Origin: Malacoraja senta
Taxonomy: Eukaryota
Direction of reading: 5' to 3'
Assembly (NCBI GenBank): GCA_038087875.1
Contig: CM075978.1
Location: 180,110,001 to 180,174,000, forward strand
DNA: 64,000 bases
Part shown: in pieces, positions 1 to 15,300 of the stretch
Numbering within the stretch: the stretch's first letter is position 1
Layout: each line of letters begins with the position of its first letter
The notes under the pieces: generated by a model
What the model saw: only the letters and a program-made list of their open reading frames with translations
Databases searched by the model: none
Told to the model about the DNA's origin: nothing
Translations under genes and position numbers: made by a program

Positions 1-178
1 ATATCCAGCCCATCGAAAATGTAGTTGTGATCAGGGACCATTATGTGTCTGATCTTGGAATGGCCTAGCACATATTACCACATAAATCTTCTTTATCAGG
101 AAGACCATGGTGTTGAGTACTTTTGCGCTTTATCCCATATCAGATGCAATGATTTAGGCAGAGAAGGCAGATGTGCAA

Positions 179-340
179 TCACTCATAATACACAAAGGAA
201 AAGTCCCAGAAACTACAGCCCTCATTATTCTTGTTAAACTGATTGATGCTCTTCTGGTTAACATGTTTCACAAATTTCAATGTTTCTTTATCTCGGTAGA
301 TCAATGCCAATGCGTTGTCTTCTGGACAAAGAGTAAGTAA
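179..340 (-). CDS. OGFOD1: OGFOD1 exon 13 ([26 protein letters not shown]...[10 protein letters not shown])
   Basis: 162 nt to TGA at 181-179. Confidence 0.95.
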   Translation of the reverse strand, partial: LLTLCPEDNALALIYRDKETLKFVKHVNQKSINQFNKNNEGCSFWDFSFVYYE

Positions 341-3300
341 CTGAAATACAACATAAATAATTAAAAATGAATTTTGTTATAGAAAAGTAACACCTGATTT
401 ATTCTCCATCACTCCACGATTCCCAATGTTTTTCTTATGAAAAAGTTGGGGGGTGCATGAACAAACTATAGGATCCAGCTGAGATACTTGCTGGTCAATG
501 CAGGGAGGCTTCCCATATGATTCAAAGTTAGAGAACATCGCAGCCCCAAAATGGGTCATTCAGCCCCCCCCCCAATTCTTTGTTTGCCATCTGCATCATT
601 CCTAATGGCCTACATTAGGTGCATATCCTTATTTTGCTTATTTCAACATCTCGCTAAATGGCTCTCAAATATAATTACAATCACCTATGGTCATAAATTT
701 AAATAATCAGCATTCTGTAAAAAAACCTTTGACTAAAATCCCATTTAAAAATGCCTTAAGGCCATCTTAAATTTATGTCCACATGAGTTTGATACTTCCC
801 ACCATGGGAAAATAATTATTGCTACCTATGCCCATAAACTTTATATAGCGTTAGCAGGTCAGTTATCAGGCTCTTTTTCTTCAGAGAAAATAAAAATAGC
901 CTATCTAATCACTAATCTCCAATAACTAAACTACTTTAATCCAGGCAACATTTGCACTCTCTCCAGCATAACCATATCCTTCCTGTAGTGTGGTGACCAG
1001 TACGATCCAAGTAGGGTTTTGTAAAATTGCAACAAAAGCATTCTAACTTTTATATTTTATGGAAGATAGACATAAAATGCTGGAGGTCAGGCAGCATCTC
1101 TGGAGAAAAGGAACAGGTGACGTTTTAGGTTGAAACCCTTCTTCTTTATATCCACTGATTTATAAAGACAAACATGCCTTGTGCACAACGCTTACTATCT
1201 GCATTTACACTCTCTGGAAATTATGGGCTTAAAGCACAAGGTCCCTCTGTTCATCAACATCGCTTAGCACCCAAACATTTATTGTCCTGCATCTATCTGA
1301 ACAAATATACATCATCTTGCACTTGTCAAAATTAAATTCCATCTGTAAACTTACTAATCATACCCAAGTTCCCATCAAAACTATAACATACATAAAAAAT
1401 AACGAGAGTCCCACACTGATCCTCGTGATGTATCAGTATTCTGCCTAATTCGTTGCAGAATGCAATGTCTGTTGGAACTTGCATGCAAAAGGCAACATGA
1501 CTTGGTTACTGGGATTCCTAAATAAGATTTCATGGTTCAATGGTCCTTTATTGTCACAAGTACCAAGGTACAGCACGTAAGCATTTATTAAGCCTATATT
1601 AATTCCAAAGTTTTAAATCTCCTTAAGAAATTAATTTGAATTAATTCAGTTCATACCTCTTCATCTTCCCCTTTTGCAATGTATGAAGTGACACCACCAA
1701 ATTCCTCATCCCAGCCTGGAACAGAGAAATACGCATGTTCATTCTCCTAATCCCATCACATGTTTTCCTATACAATGTTTTGCTCTTCCCCTCAATGGTA
1801 TAACAAAAGCAAAGTTGTGATCCAGCATTACACCAGATGTGTAATACATATCCTGTAAATTAAAATCAGCATATTTACCTTCACAACCGCAGCTTAACAA
1901 GAGGTCTAGGGCAAATTCCGTGTTTTCCACATTGGTATCATGGATAAGTGTGTAGTATCCATTTTTCCAACGTCTTAATTCTCCTCGACAAACAGGAACA
2001 CCAGGCTCTGAAAAATAATTGATTGATGCATCTTCAAACTCTTTCACTTGCTTTTCATTGAGTATGTCAAGAACCAAACAATGTCTCCATTGTTATTTTT
2101 AACTTTACCATCTTATCATTTTTTAATTTTGTTGCCACACAATATTCATCAATGGACACGTTGATGCTCTGGCATTACTCCAAGATCACTGCTGCTCAAA
2201 TGTATTAAATTGTTGCTGAACGACCAACAGCTACAACTTTCTTCTCCCATTTCACTGTGTAGCATGAAGTCAATATCCACAACGTTCAACTGAGTACATC
2301 TGTGCTGACTTTATTAACTGTGTGGTATGTTGATTGACTGCTAATTGCAGCAAATCCTATTGAAGCTAATATTTCCTGAAATCTAAAATAAGGTGTCAAC
2401 TTACGTGTGCGGACATGGCACCGACGGACGAGAAGCCGAAGCAAAGAAGTCAAAGCCAAAGAACCGAATGGAAACGAGGCCGAAATGCCCCAAAAAACGA
2501 AAGAGTACTAAGACGAAACAGCAACTAACCGAAAGGATGAGACGCCTAAATGCAAACTAACCGAAAGGGCGGGATGCCTAAAAGCCAACTAACCGAAAAG
2601 CTGCGTCGCCTAAAAGCAATCTCACCGAACAGCCGCTCTGTCGAAACGCCACCAACCCGAAAGGCGCCGTCGCCTACAAGCAGAAAAGTCCAATAACGGA
2701 CATGACGTTGCAGGGGGGGGCGGAACTTGTCAGCGATTGGTCCAGACCCCCGTGTCCATCATATCACTGTGGAGGGATGAACATTGTCCCACAACTCCGC
2801 TCCACCCGACCCACAGCCGGTGGCCGTGGGAGAGTGGGGGCTGTCCCGAGGGATGCGCACCTCGGCCGCTTACAACTTGGTGCTTGGGTTCAGATTGCCT
2901 AGTCACCTATGGCTTGTGTGGAAAAATGACCCCCTCCCTCCCCTCTCCCCCTCTCTCCCTTCTATCTCACCTCCTTCTCTCTCCNNNNNNNNNNNNNNNN
3001 NNNNNNNNNNNNNNNNNNNNNNNNNNNNNNNNNNNNNNNNNNNNNNNNNNNNNNNNNNNNNNNNNNNNNNNNNNNNNNNNNNNNNNNNNNNNNNNNNNNN
3101 NNNNNNNNNNNNNNNNNNNNNNNNNNNNNNNNNNNNNNNNNNNNNTTTTAGGCGTCCCGCCCTTTCGGTTAGTTTGCATTTAGTCGTCCCATCCTTTCGG
3201 TTAGTTGGCATTTTGTCTTTGTATTCTTTCGGTTTTTTGGCGTTTTGGCCTCGTTTCCATTCAGTTCTTTGGCTTTGACTTCTTTGCTTCGGCTTCTCGT

Positions 3301-6300
3301 CCATCGGCGCCACGTCTGGGTACCGTCAATTTATTCAACTTCATCATGCCTCTGATCAACCTCACTGGCTACATATCTGCATCCCCCAAAACAAATTTAG
3401 TTGCTAACATCACACCATGAGGGTTCCATAAAAAAAAGGTGTTGTGCCTTCAGTAATCAGACTGATTTCTGAAATTTCACAGTTAAGAAAGAGGAGTAAA
3501 AATGTAGTCTGCTTCTGACTAACATAGACTTGGACATGTTAATAGCTTTAAACCCACCCAATTGTATTCACTATTTGATTCAGAGGGGATCAATATTGGA
3601 CAGTGTAAAACCAGTATTACATCCAACTTCGTTAAAATCCAGCTTCACTAATATCATCTAACTTGCAAGAAATTACCAGCTACAAGAGGAAAGCCCCTCG
3701 CTCTTTGGACAATCGTCAGCTGACCAACGACCTGAATGAGTTTTACTGCAGGTTTGAAAATCAGAAACGTAACCCTGGTACCCCCTCCCCCCCCCTCCCC
3801 AACCAACACAGCCAGACCCCAGTCTACAAAGAATGGACCCTGCATCCTCTCCTTCCCATTCACCACTTCACACCTACTTAAGGCAAGACTCCAGTATGAA
3901 AAGACTGGACCATTTCCCACCCCAACCACCCACTCACAGCCTGACCTCAGTCTGCAAAGACTGTGCCTTTCTACACCCACCCCCCTCCAATCACCACTTC
4001 ACACCCAATCACCCACACCCTCTGTGCTGCACAACATAACTTATCCAATATCAACAATTAAAATAGAGGAGGTGGAGAGGCTTTTCAGAGGACAAAAGAG
4101 CAGGAAATCTCCAGGACCTGACAACGTTTCCCCCTCTACTCTTAAGCTCTGTGCCAAACAGCTGGCACCGGTCTATAGACATTTTTAACCAGTCCCTGCA
4201 AACATGTACTGTCCCTGCCTGCTTCAAAGTCTCCACTATTGTCCCTGTACCCAAAAAGGCAAGTATTACTTGTCTTAATGACTACAGGCCTGTCGCACTG
4301 ACCTCTGTAGTCATGAAGACACTCGAACGGCTTGTGCTGGCCAAGCTGAAAAATATCACAAACTCTCTGCTGGACCCTCTGCAATTTGCATATCAGGCCA
4401 ATAGATCTGTGGATGATGCAGTCAACCTGGGCCTGCACTTCATCCTATAGCACCTAGACTGCCAGGGGACCTATGCGAGGATCCTGTTTGTTGATTTTAG
4501 CTCTGCATTCAACACCATTGTGCCAGCGCTACTACACTCCAAACTTTCCGAGTTGACTGTGCCTGAACCCCTCTGTCAGTGGATCACCAACTTCCTGACA
4601 GACAGGAAGCAGCATGTGAGGCTGGGAAAGCACATCGCGGACCCGCAAACACTCAGCATAGGAGCACCGCAAGGCTGCGTACTCTCTCCTCTCCTCTCTC
4701 TACACCAACGACTGCACCTCCACAGACACCTCTGTCAAGCTTCTCAAGTTTGCGGACGACACAACCCTGATTGGACTGATCCAGGATGGGGAGGAATCTG
4801 CCTACAGACAGGAAGTGTCACAGCTGGCATCCTGGTGCCGTAGCAACAACCTAGAGCTCAATGCTCTTAAGACAGTGGAATTGATTGTAGACTTTAGGAG
4901 AGCTCCCCTTCCCCTCACCCCACTCACCATCAACAACACCACAGTCACATCTGTGGAGTCTTTTAAGTTCCCGGGAACCATCATCTCCAAGGACCTTAAG
5001 TGGGGGGCTGCCATCGACTCCACAATCAAAAAGGCACAACAGAGGATGTACTTCCTGCGGCAGCCGAGGAAGCACAATCTGCCACAGGCAATGATGGTCC
5101 AATTCTACTCGGCCATCGTAGATTCTGTTCTCACCTTCTCCATCATGGTCTGGTTTGGCTCAGCCACCAAGCACAACACCTGGAGGCTGCAGCGAATCGT
5201 CCGATCAGCAGAGAAGATTATTGGCTGCAACCTTCCCTCCATTGATGAACTGTACACTGCAAGGGCCAGGAAGCGAGCGGGCAAGATAATCTCTGACCCC
5301 TCCCACCCTGGCCACAAACTCTTTGAATCACTTCCCTCTGGAAGGCGACTCCGGACTGTCAAAGCTGCCACAGCCAGACATAAAAACAATTTTTATCCAC
5401 GAGTAGTTGCGCTACTCAACAGCCAAAAATCTGTAACCTCCCTTTGATCTGGTATTTTGTTGGTTCACATGCTTGATCAATGGTGTTTTATCATGAATGT
5501 TTTATTATTATTAATGTTTAGTGTTTTCTGAGTCATTCGTAACTGTCACTGTATGTCATGTTGTTACTTGTGGGCGGAGCACCAAGGCAAATTCCTTGTA
5601 TGTGAATACTTGGCCAATAAACTTACTTACTTACTTACTTAACTTGAACAATTATTTTTTACCTGCCATAGTACCGAGTGATGACATCTGCCAATCCCTA
5701 AAATTAAATATTTTTAAAATAAATCTTACTTTGTGGACTGTCCGTTGGCATTGTTTTTTCTGTTGTTTCAAGAACACTGCCTCCTCTGCTATCATTGCCA
5801 TTAAGTAATGTTGAATCTGATTTCTCATCCTTTTCAGTGCTAGAGCATGCTTGCTCATTTTCATCAGACATCAGGTCATCTTCTTGCTCATCTTTTTCAT
5901 CATTATCTGAGGCTGCGAGGAAATGTAGCTTTAAGCCAGTGAAATTGGACAGAAACAGGAACATGGCCTCAGAATAAAAGAGCTTCATGCATTTGGCAAG
6001 AATGTCAGGAAAGCCATCTTCCTCTGCTTGATCATAGCATCTAAGAAACAGAGAGGCACTATCAGAGAGCATGCCACAAATCCAGGAAACACAGACCAGA
6101 GCTCTGAACAATAACAAGGTTTGTCACAAATACATTAAACAAATCTGGCAACCCATCTGCTATGAGCAGAAGCTCAAGTTAGCTTCTATTGTACAAAAGG
6201 AAACAACTGTGCAGCATTGAAAGACCATACTACTGTATAGATTGAAATTTTAGATAAAGTGGTCAAGCATGGCCCATTAAATCACCTGAGCAATATAATG

Positions 6301-9300
6301 AATGAGCCTGTGAACAGGTCATGATTCCTATGATCTCATGAAGTGGAATGAAAACGAGAGGGATAAAAAAGATGAAACTTTTACAAGCCTAGATATACAT
6401 TCTGTAGCACAAATAATGTTTTTTTCTATTTCTGAAATAATTAAGTGCAAGGGTGGTGACTGCCATTCTCTTCCATTCCAGGTTTAGATGCGCTTGATTT
6501 TTGGAGTAATACAACATTACAGAAAAGTCCTGCTGTAAATTCTGCACAGGTGCTTCTGGGTTAAGTATTCCATTGATAAGTGCATTTAAAAAAAATCATT
6601 CAACATCTTTAATATTCATGAATGCCGATCCTTCAGATTTCTGATCCACCTACCTTTTGTTGGCTGGTCCTCTTCTCTTCCATTTAATCTTTGGGTTAGA
6701 TATAGCCTCACATACCATCTGAAATTTTTCTTTCTGATCAGAAAATGCAGAAAAATGTTTGTTTTACTGTTATCGTCTGTGGTATTCACGCATTAACAAT
6801 ATTTTACATTTTGAAACTTCATTTCTTTCTTTTTTTGGATTCTCATCCTCTAATTGCTGTCATTTCATAGCTTTTGTTAATTTACACTCCACAACTTGTA
6901 GAACAAACTTCAAAGCCTGATAGTCAATACAATCCAGTGCGTTGACTTTTTATGCAAAATGACTGTTTCTTTGACTATGGCTCTCAATAATCTGGGCTGA
7001 CAGGGCAGTGCTGATTTGAAGAAACTGTACAATCGCTGAGATTCTATTTTTCAGATGATGCTGTTAATCAAGGTCCTCTCCCATCTGCCTGCCTAGGAGT
7101 CACACCAAAACATCCCAATGCAATGTTTAAACTAGAGCAGTGGAGGTCTCTTGGTTAACTGCCGTACATTAATCTATCTAATAATATTACTATAAGCGAT
7201 TATATAGTCATGCTTGCCATTTGCAAGATTACCATGCAAACACATCTATTTATGAACACTGAGAATATAGAAAATGCTGAAAATTCTCAGTTGGCCTAGC
7301 CCCAGTTGCAGCCTGACCTGTTGAGTATTTCCATATTTTCTGTTTTATTTTAGATTATCACCATGTATTCCAATAATATTTCACTAGCTGTGAAGCACTT
7401 TAGGACTTCCCAAGACCAAAAAAGTGCTGTGTAAATGTGATTTATTTTTTAATATACTCTCACGGAAGCAGAAATGTCAATAAAAGTATCTCCAATACCT
7501 TGACATAAAACCAAAAAGGAATTTTGTTGACCTTTGAAATCTGATATAATACACCTCTTTGGTTTCGGAATAGTTCCTGACTTCAAGGATCTTATTTTTA
7601 TGGCTACCTTAATGACCATTTGAAACAAAACCAAAAGATGTAACAAAATAATTATCTTGTAATCCAGATTAGATTCCTGGGCCTTCAAATTCTTGTTTCT
7701 GTGATCTCTCCAGGTGGTTTGATATAAACAGGGTGAATTAAAGATGATTTTACGTTTTTAAACTGCACTGCAGGTGAGATGTACAGAACACATAGCTAAC
7801 TTTAAATCTACAGTAACAGCAGCTCACAACTTTTTTCTATGTTGACTATTCCCTTAACATAATCTAAATAGATTAAGCCTCTGAATTCTCCACATGAACC
7901 TGGGATAAAACAACTTTTCCCCTGACATTATTTGCCTGTCTTAGACTTTTACAGTCAATGGCTGTCAGTAGCACTCCAATATCCAAGAAAGCTTTGAGTT
8001 TCTATAATGTTCTGATTGTCAGCATTCAATGAAATTAAAAAAGCCTCTCAAAGCAACCAGATGTAGATACCACCGATACATGACACCTGTGGGTGATAAT
8101 TATCACAAAACAATTAACAGTGAAAGCAGATACATAATATATTGACATTATAACAAAGAAATTAATTTACTCCGAAGACTTTTTCATGGACAAGGTGACA
8201 GATTCACATCCATTTTCCTATCCATGTGTGTGAGGCATTTTCTAAATTCAACCAAATAAGAGCCTGCCACACACTTACCTTGAAAAAATTCTTTAGAAGA
8301 ATTTCAGATTTTTCTTCAAACTGCTCCTGGATGTTCGCTTGAGCTGACATATCCATGTAAATTGGATTGATCCATTCATAAAGTATTTCTTCCTGAAACA
8401 TTTTAAGACAAAGCATGTCACAGAGGATCAATGTCTCATCACGATCAATATGCAACTTCCTGCTCAGTTGGAAGAAATAGAAACATAAACCGGCCATTGC
8501 ATCCCTTCAGATATAACATCCTTATCAAGATCACTTCTGATCTTTTGATTTAGCCGCAACCTCATGCACTAACCCTTGCTTTTAATTAACATCAATCCAT
8601 CTTTGTCTTGTTTACGTGAAGCATCTGTGCCTCCAAAGTGATCTTGGACACAGTGTCTCAGTTTATCATTTATATCCTTGGTCAAGAAATTTGTTATGCC
8701 AGTGTTGAATGATTAACCTCTCATATTGTACCTCTGATTTGATTCTAGAGACCCCAACCAGAGATTTTGTTATAGCCTTGTTTATCTTATTAAAGCTTGT
8801 AAGAATGTTGTATATTTCAATGGGATCACACAAATTCAAGATATCATTGACCCATCTCTTTAATCTATATCCATAAAACAAACATTCCTGCCCAGGAATC
8901 AATATGGCAAACTTTCTCTTTCACAAGTATAACCTTCCTTAAGTCAGAAAACCTGACCTGTACACATTATTCCAGTCGCAGTTTCACAAGGATCCTTTGT
9001 AATTGCAGGAATATGTTACTCTTGAAATCAAATCCTCTTGGACGAGGGCAAATATCATCTGCTTTCCTAATTCCTTGCTTTGCCTGCATGCTGACTTGCG
9101 GTGATGCACAATGACTCTTCTCAACCTCTCATGATTTAAAAAAATAAACTGTCTTGCTATTTTTTGCCACCTGCCAACTTTACTTAACCTGTCTGCATCT
9201 CCATATGTGACATTACCATCACAGCCCTCATTGCCACCTAGCTATGAGCAGCAGAATTACAGACTTGCATTTGATTTTCTCAAACATATCTTTGACATCA

Positions 9301-12300
9301 AGTCCAGCATTTAACCCTGTATCACCCTGCTTGTCAGGTCCCCTATGTGAAAAATACTTATTTATTTTCACTCTTGAGGAGTCAAGTGTTTAATTGTCAT
9401 AGGTCCAGAGGCAGAACAAAATCAATTCTTACTTGCTACATCTTACCAGTCCTGTAAACACAGTGACACACTTCATATATAATAATCAAAATATAATAAA
9501 TAAATAGCAGTAATACTAGTTAACCATAATAGTGCAAAAAATAAAGTCTGTAGTTCAATCAAAGGCACATTCCAAAGAAGATTATAATTATTAAGAGAAT
9601 ATTTCTAATGGACTTTGGATATGCTTCCTCTTTAGCTGCCTTTCAGACTCGAAGATGACTTGCATTCACTACTGTATCAACATTGCCGTTGAGCCATTCG
9701 TGGATTCTACAAATTCCATTATTGGTGCACAGAAGGATTACGATGCAGGAGACAATAAATAAAACTATCATAAGGTGTTAACTACTGCATCAGCATGATA
9801 TTGGTCTGACACAAACTGGCACCGATTAGAAAGACTACAACTGATAGGAAAATATAATTTACACTTCATTGCAGTTGAAATGGGTTGTTGGCCAGAGTTT
9901 GACAACCTTTGATTTGGGTCTCAATCGTGTTTTTTTTAACCTATTTTGTGTGTATTTGACAAGAAGATGGTTATTCAAGGTAGATTGTGAGAAAATCTCA
10001 ACTTACATCACACGCAATATGTGGCACTTGAGAAAGGCATTCAATGTAACGAGGTGGCCTCTCCAACATTGGCCCGTAGAACCAACCACTGATAGAAAGA
10101 CGACATTTGCCCTCTACCACCACTTCGGACACCTGAGCAGGTAAAGCATTAATCAGTAAATTTTAAAACACAGTGATTCATACAGGTCTACAATCAACTT
10201 TTTGGCAACTGGTGGTCTGGCACCTCGTTTAATCCAGACAAAATTACAAGATCCCATTTGGAATCCCTCACGGGAATCTCCCCGAAAATGTGGCAGCTAG
10301 GCCAGAAGACATGTCCGATCTGGATCTTATTGGGACTTCCGCGGCCAATTGGCAAGTCAAATTTTCCCTCTGTGACGGGGGCAATGGAACTCAGGCCTGG
10401 CCAGAACCGGCAGATCGTTTCCCATAGCTGACTTCCGCGATCGATCTGCAAGTCGAATTTGCCCCCAATGGTTGGGGCTCTCGAATTCCAGCCTGGCCGG
10501 AACCAGCAGATCATTCCCATAGCTGACTTCCAAGGCCGACTTTGTGGGCCGGTGTCTTGGCTCCCCGATGGCCTAGGCGGACCATTCCAGTACCGTTCGA
10601 CTCTTCTCGGAGGCGATCACCTTGGTTGTTCTGGCAAAACGGATAATCCAGCAAAGCTCTGCAACCAAGGATGCTAGAAAATTGGTGGTGGACCTGTGTT
10701 ACACGTTGTACCGAAATAAGCCATTTGTAACTTTATCAAATCACATTTTGATCATGAGCCAAATCTTGAGAGTCGTATGGGAATAAATTTGTCCCTTCAC
10801 CTTTACAAAGCCTATCAGCAGTTTTAATACATTTCTCAACATCTGCAAAGATTGCTTAGATTAAAAAAACACCAGGCAAAATTCACAGGCTGACAGGATT
10901 CCAGGAGACCTGGAGATGAGTACTTGACCAAGTGAAGGAGTGAGGCAATACTCCAAACGTTTTTAATGGTTGTGGGACCGGAATGAGTGCAAAATAAGCT
11001 CAAACTGTAATGGAAATCTCCAATGTCCCACATCAATTGGACAGCACTGCCTGAAGGAGGCAAACATAACAGCAGGATAGTTAGCTATTGGCAGCACCAG
11101 TTTTTACAGTTTGTGTTAGCGCTGATCAACGTACCAGTTGGCACACCTTCTTTTGCATCCTTCTTAAGTCCAATGTTTATTTAGTCAGTTCAACAGAATT
11201 ATCCCTAGTTAGAGGATAACTCCATCTGCAAGATTGGTGCTGCCTGACTCGGGTGTATCCAAATCTAACTGGCATTCTTTATTATGCTTCTTTTCCTGTG
11301 TATTTTTACAAAGGGCATTCCTATTCCAGTAATATCTTGGGCATATTGAAAAAACACACCTGTGACAGTATACCTATCACAACATCTTTAAATCAAGTTC
11401 GTCAAACAAGAACAAAGGTTCCAAATGTCTGGTCTTCATCTGAAACATCTTTGTCTGTTTGTCCACAGTTAGCTTATTCTGAACTTTTTCCACATCTGTA
11501 CCTGATGATGAGAGACAGGAGAAACTTCAAAGAAAACTAATGTGTTCCATGTTGGAGTTAATGACTTGACAATCTCTCGAGGCTGGTAATGGTCTATAGA
11601 AGACAATTAGATTGAAAAGCATCAGTGCAAGTCTGCAATTTCTAAACAAGCAAGCAGAATATATTTAATATTCTTATAACTTATCAAATATAATTTCACA
11701 TTTGCCCAAAATTACTTCCACATTCAGAAACAAGATTGCACACCCTCATCTTCTGCCCTACATCTTCCGATTGTATTATATACTTCCACTGAAGACTAGA
11801 AGTGACTGCAGAAGTCTAGTCGATTGGTGAAGGTGCTCCACAGTGGGGCAGGGGAGGTCACTCAGTGTTTTAGAACTAGTTAATGAGGTATGACAATTTA
11901 TTTCCAAAAATAATGGTGTACAAATTGATGCTGAATCTGCAGGCAAGTGTGTTCCCTTATGACTATCGTAGAGATCACAAAGTTCAAGGTGGTGTCATAG
12001 TAGCCGAGGCAAGTAACTACATTTCATAAATACCACACATGACAATCAGAGTGACAATCAGAGTGTGCTGGAGGTGGGGGGAATGGATGTTTATGATGGT
12101 AGATTGGTGAACCGCCTTATTCTGACTGGTGTCAAACTGCTGGAGAGTTGTCGGACCCACACTAATGAGAGTTCTCTGGTTGGCACTCAATCTGCTGATG
12201 TTATCATGGACCATGGGTCCATCCAGTCCAACATCTAAATCAAGACTTTTGTATTACTTGTAAAAAGACCCTTGATCAATAATAAAATATTGCATCCTAA

Positions 12301-15300
12301 TTTTACTGCATATAACTAGGGTAGCTAGTTTACTGCATTATAACAAGTGTAGCTACACGACTAGTGTAGCTGGGACATGTTGGCTGATGTGGGCAAATTG
12401 GGCCAAAGGGCATGTTTCCACACTGTATCACTCTAAGACTCTATAAATAAATGTTCTTTCCTCATTTTAATTTTGTCAGCTATGGCAATTATGTTGATTC
12501 TGAATTCTACAATAAGGAATTTGCCCAAATCTGCAAGGCCTATTTACCCTGCTGAAACCCATAGTAAATAAGATCCTCAAATTCTATCTACATCTTTCAC
12601 AATGACACCTATAAATATAGGAAACTCTAAAAATTACAAGAAAAATGAGCAGCTTATAATATGTTTAACTCAGGAGCTTACATGCTGGGGAAGCATGATG
12701 GGAAAAGAGGCCAACAGAGTGAAGGGAACTTAAAGATGTTAGGAGAAGCAATAAATAGATGTAATAAGGTGTTTAGATTCCACAGCATAACTAGCCTGTT
12801 AACAAAAACATTGGGGACTGTAAACTAAGTTGAGGGAAAGAAAATTGATCAGGAAATAGTGTTTTAATTGCAAATGGGAAGAGTGTTTTTTTTAACAGGG
12901 GTCAGAAGATTAAAGATAACTGGGAATAAAAACAAGATAAAAGGCTACAGAGACATTGATCAATGCTGAATTATTTAAAATATATAAAATGAACATGTAA
13001 CCGTTATGTTGTGAGAATATAAAATGCAATGGATGCTGTGAATCTTTGAAACACTTTGGGTTCTCTCAGCGTGTTTCCCAGCTCGTACTGTTAAGGCGTT
13101 GAATAAACCGACTTGTTTGAGAAACCCACCACTGCTTTATGAACTATTCTTTGTGTCTGTTCCTATCCGAGCTGTAATTAATATTACAACTGGGCCCCAC
13201 GTGAAAGCCAGATTCAGGGCACAAGATTCCCTCCAACTATCCTATGCTGGAGGAACTCAGCAGCTCATGAGCAAAAAAAAAGAAACTGCTGGAGGAACTC
13301 AGCGAGAAACAGTTCAAAATAGCACCCAACCGGAAACATAGTTTGTCCATTTCCCTCCACAAATGCTGCCTGACTCGCCGAGATTCTTCAGCAGTTTGTT
13401 TTATGCTTGTATATACATGGTCATTGGATGTTGTCAGGGTATTCATAACATTAATTACTGAGAATTAAAACATCAGCAGAAACTATGTGCACCATAATGA
13501 TGAATATATGTTAGACACCTTTGGGAGTCACCAGTACATCATGGCTAAAGCGATATAAGTCAGTGATATGTTGCAAATCTTACTCACCATCTGCATCATA
13601 AAGATCCAAGGTGCCACCATCACTTCCTTGCCACTCAGGCACAAGATACAAGATGAAGGCAATTCTCCGCCCTTCTAATTCATCATCATGACAGAGCAAC
13701 ACATCTGCAACAGCATTGGGTTCAAAACATCAATATAATTGCAACCTAAAGGTGTTTAATTAGACTTTCTAAGAAATTATGAAAGGGTACCAAGTATTTC
13801 ATTTTCAGTTCAACAAATGTAACTGTTACATTTACAGAATATTTTAAATGTGTTTTTCAAATCATATAACTTTTGTTAATGGTTTGATTACATCCACCAT
13901 TCTGTATACCAAGTTACTTCAATTCAATTCAATTCAATTCAACTTTAATTGTCATTGCACAGATACAAATATGGGTACAACGAAATGCAGTCTAGCGTCT
14001 GCTCGTAGCAATATTGCAATATAGAAATAAAAACACAGAACAAGAACAATATACAGAATAAAATACAGAATAAAATACAGAATGAGCAAACAATGTGGAC
14101 GGAGAGACTGGAGAAATCTATCGGCGGGACTCCGAGTTCAGCAATGTGATAGTGTTGTTAAAGAAGCTGTTCCTCATCCTGCTTGTGCGAGACCTGAGGC
14201 TTCTGTACCGCCTCCCTGATGGGAGGAGGGCAAACAGTCCATGGTTACTCAAGCCATTGTTGGATTGCATCATGTTTTCTCCTGACAACAGACGTCTATC
14301 AACTTTTTTTATTTTTCATGATAACAAAGAGCTGCAATTGGTTTGTGATTAAATATGGTGTTAAGGCACCAAGTCTAGACTCACATGAACAATAATACGT
14401 GCAAATGTTGGACATCAGGCAACACACATGAAAATAGTTTTCCAGGAAAATGGAAAAGGAATGCTTTACTGTTTTATCTTCTGAGGATGCCTTTACAAAA
14501 CGGGATCAGAAATTTGTCTCTGCAATGCCGTGAGGGGCTGCCTTAAAAAAATGTGTACATTACCACGTTTCTTAATGTCAACAATGGAACACTGAATTTC
14601 GTGGAATGCATTTTGGTGTTGTTCTTCCAGTATGAAAATCCTGTCAGCTGGACTTTTAACTACACTGGTTGGAATAATGACAGCTACCAGTTACTACAGA
14701 AGAAGCAGTTTCTGCTTGATCTGAAGGCTCACAAGTAATATTATTTGAGAGGAACAATCACACTAAATCTCTATTCAGAGTTGGTTGTACAATGTTATAT
14801 TTGCACAGTTTTCTCTATGCACTGCTCACACTGCAAATCAATTCTTGCCTGTATTGTCAAGCATTTTTGCAATCAAAATTGCTTTACAATCAGCATTTGT
14901 TTAGCCCTACCATTCCTCTTCATGGATGATCTGAGTCTGCAGAAGGTGTCTTCTATCTATGGCAATCACCTTATAGGAAGATTACAGTGAACAACGGAGT
15001 AAAACTCTGGTGATCCAGTCAGCAATTCTCACTTAACAAGGATGAAAAGTTAATTGGTTATATACCTCACGATTATACATAAAAGTCAATTTTTCCTATG
15101 TAGCAATTCAAGCACTTTAAGGTAAGGCAATGTACACAAATTGTAACATTTCTAAATGATGTAGCAATAATCCTTCACCTTATCAATACTCAAGATTTTA
15201 GCCAGTTGTACATAAAAGTGATATTAGACATAAGCTGTGTGTTTTCCAAAGCACACCCATTATATTAAATACCTGCTCCAAATCAACTTTTTAAACATAG

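Noticed and set aside
2520-2690. Regularly spaced 31-bp repeats as a CRISPR-like array
   Set aside because: Eukaryotic intron; the units are degenerate tandem repeats mirrored in an inverted arm, with no unique spacers.
6719-6721. Alternative acceptor for OGFOD1 exon 9 starting at MVCEA
   Set aside because: The upstream CAG (exon start 6733) restores the KEKF residues that correspond to human PEKF; RNA data would settle it.
8393-8497. In-frame extension [10 protein letters not shown]... upstream of OGFOD1 exon 8
   Set aside because: The true upstream exon (10007-10132) supplies this region, and a good CAG acceptor sits at 8395-8393.
8648-11846. Scattered CACAGTG heptamers as RAG signal sequences
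   Set aside because: They lie in OGFOD1 introns, lack correctly spaced nonamers, and are far from the V exons.
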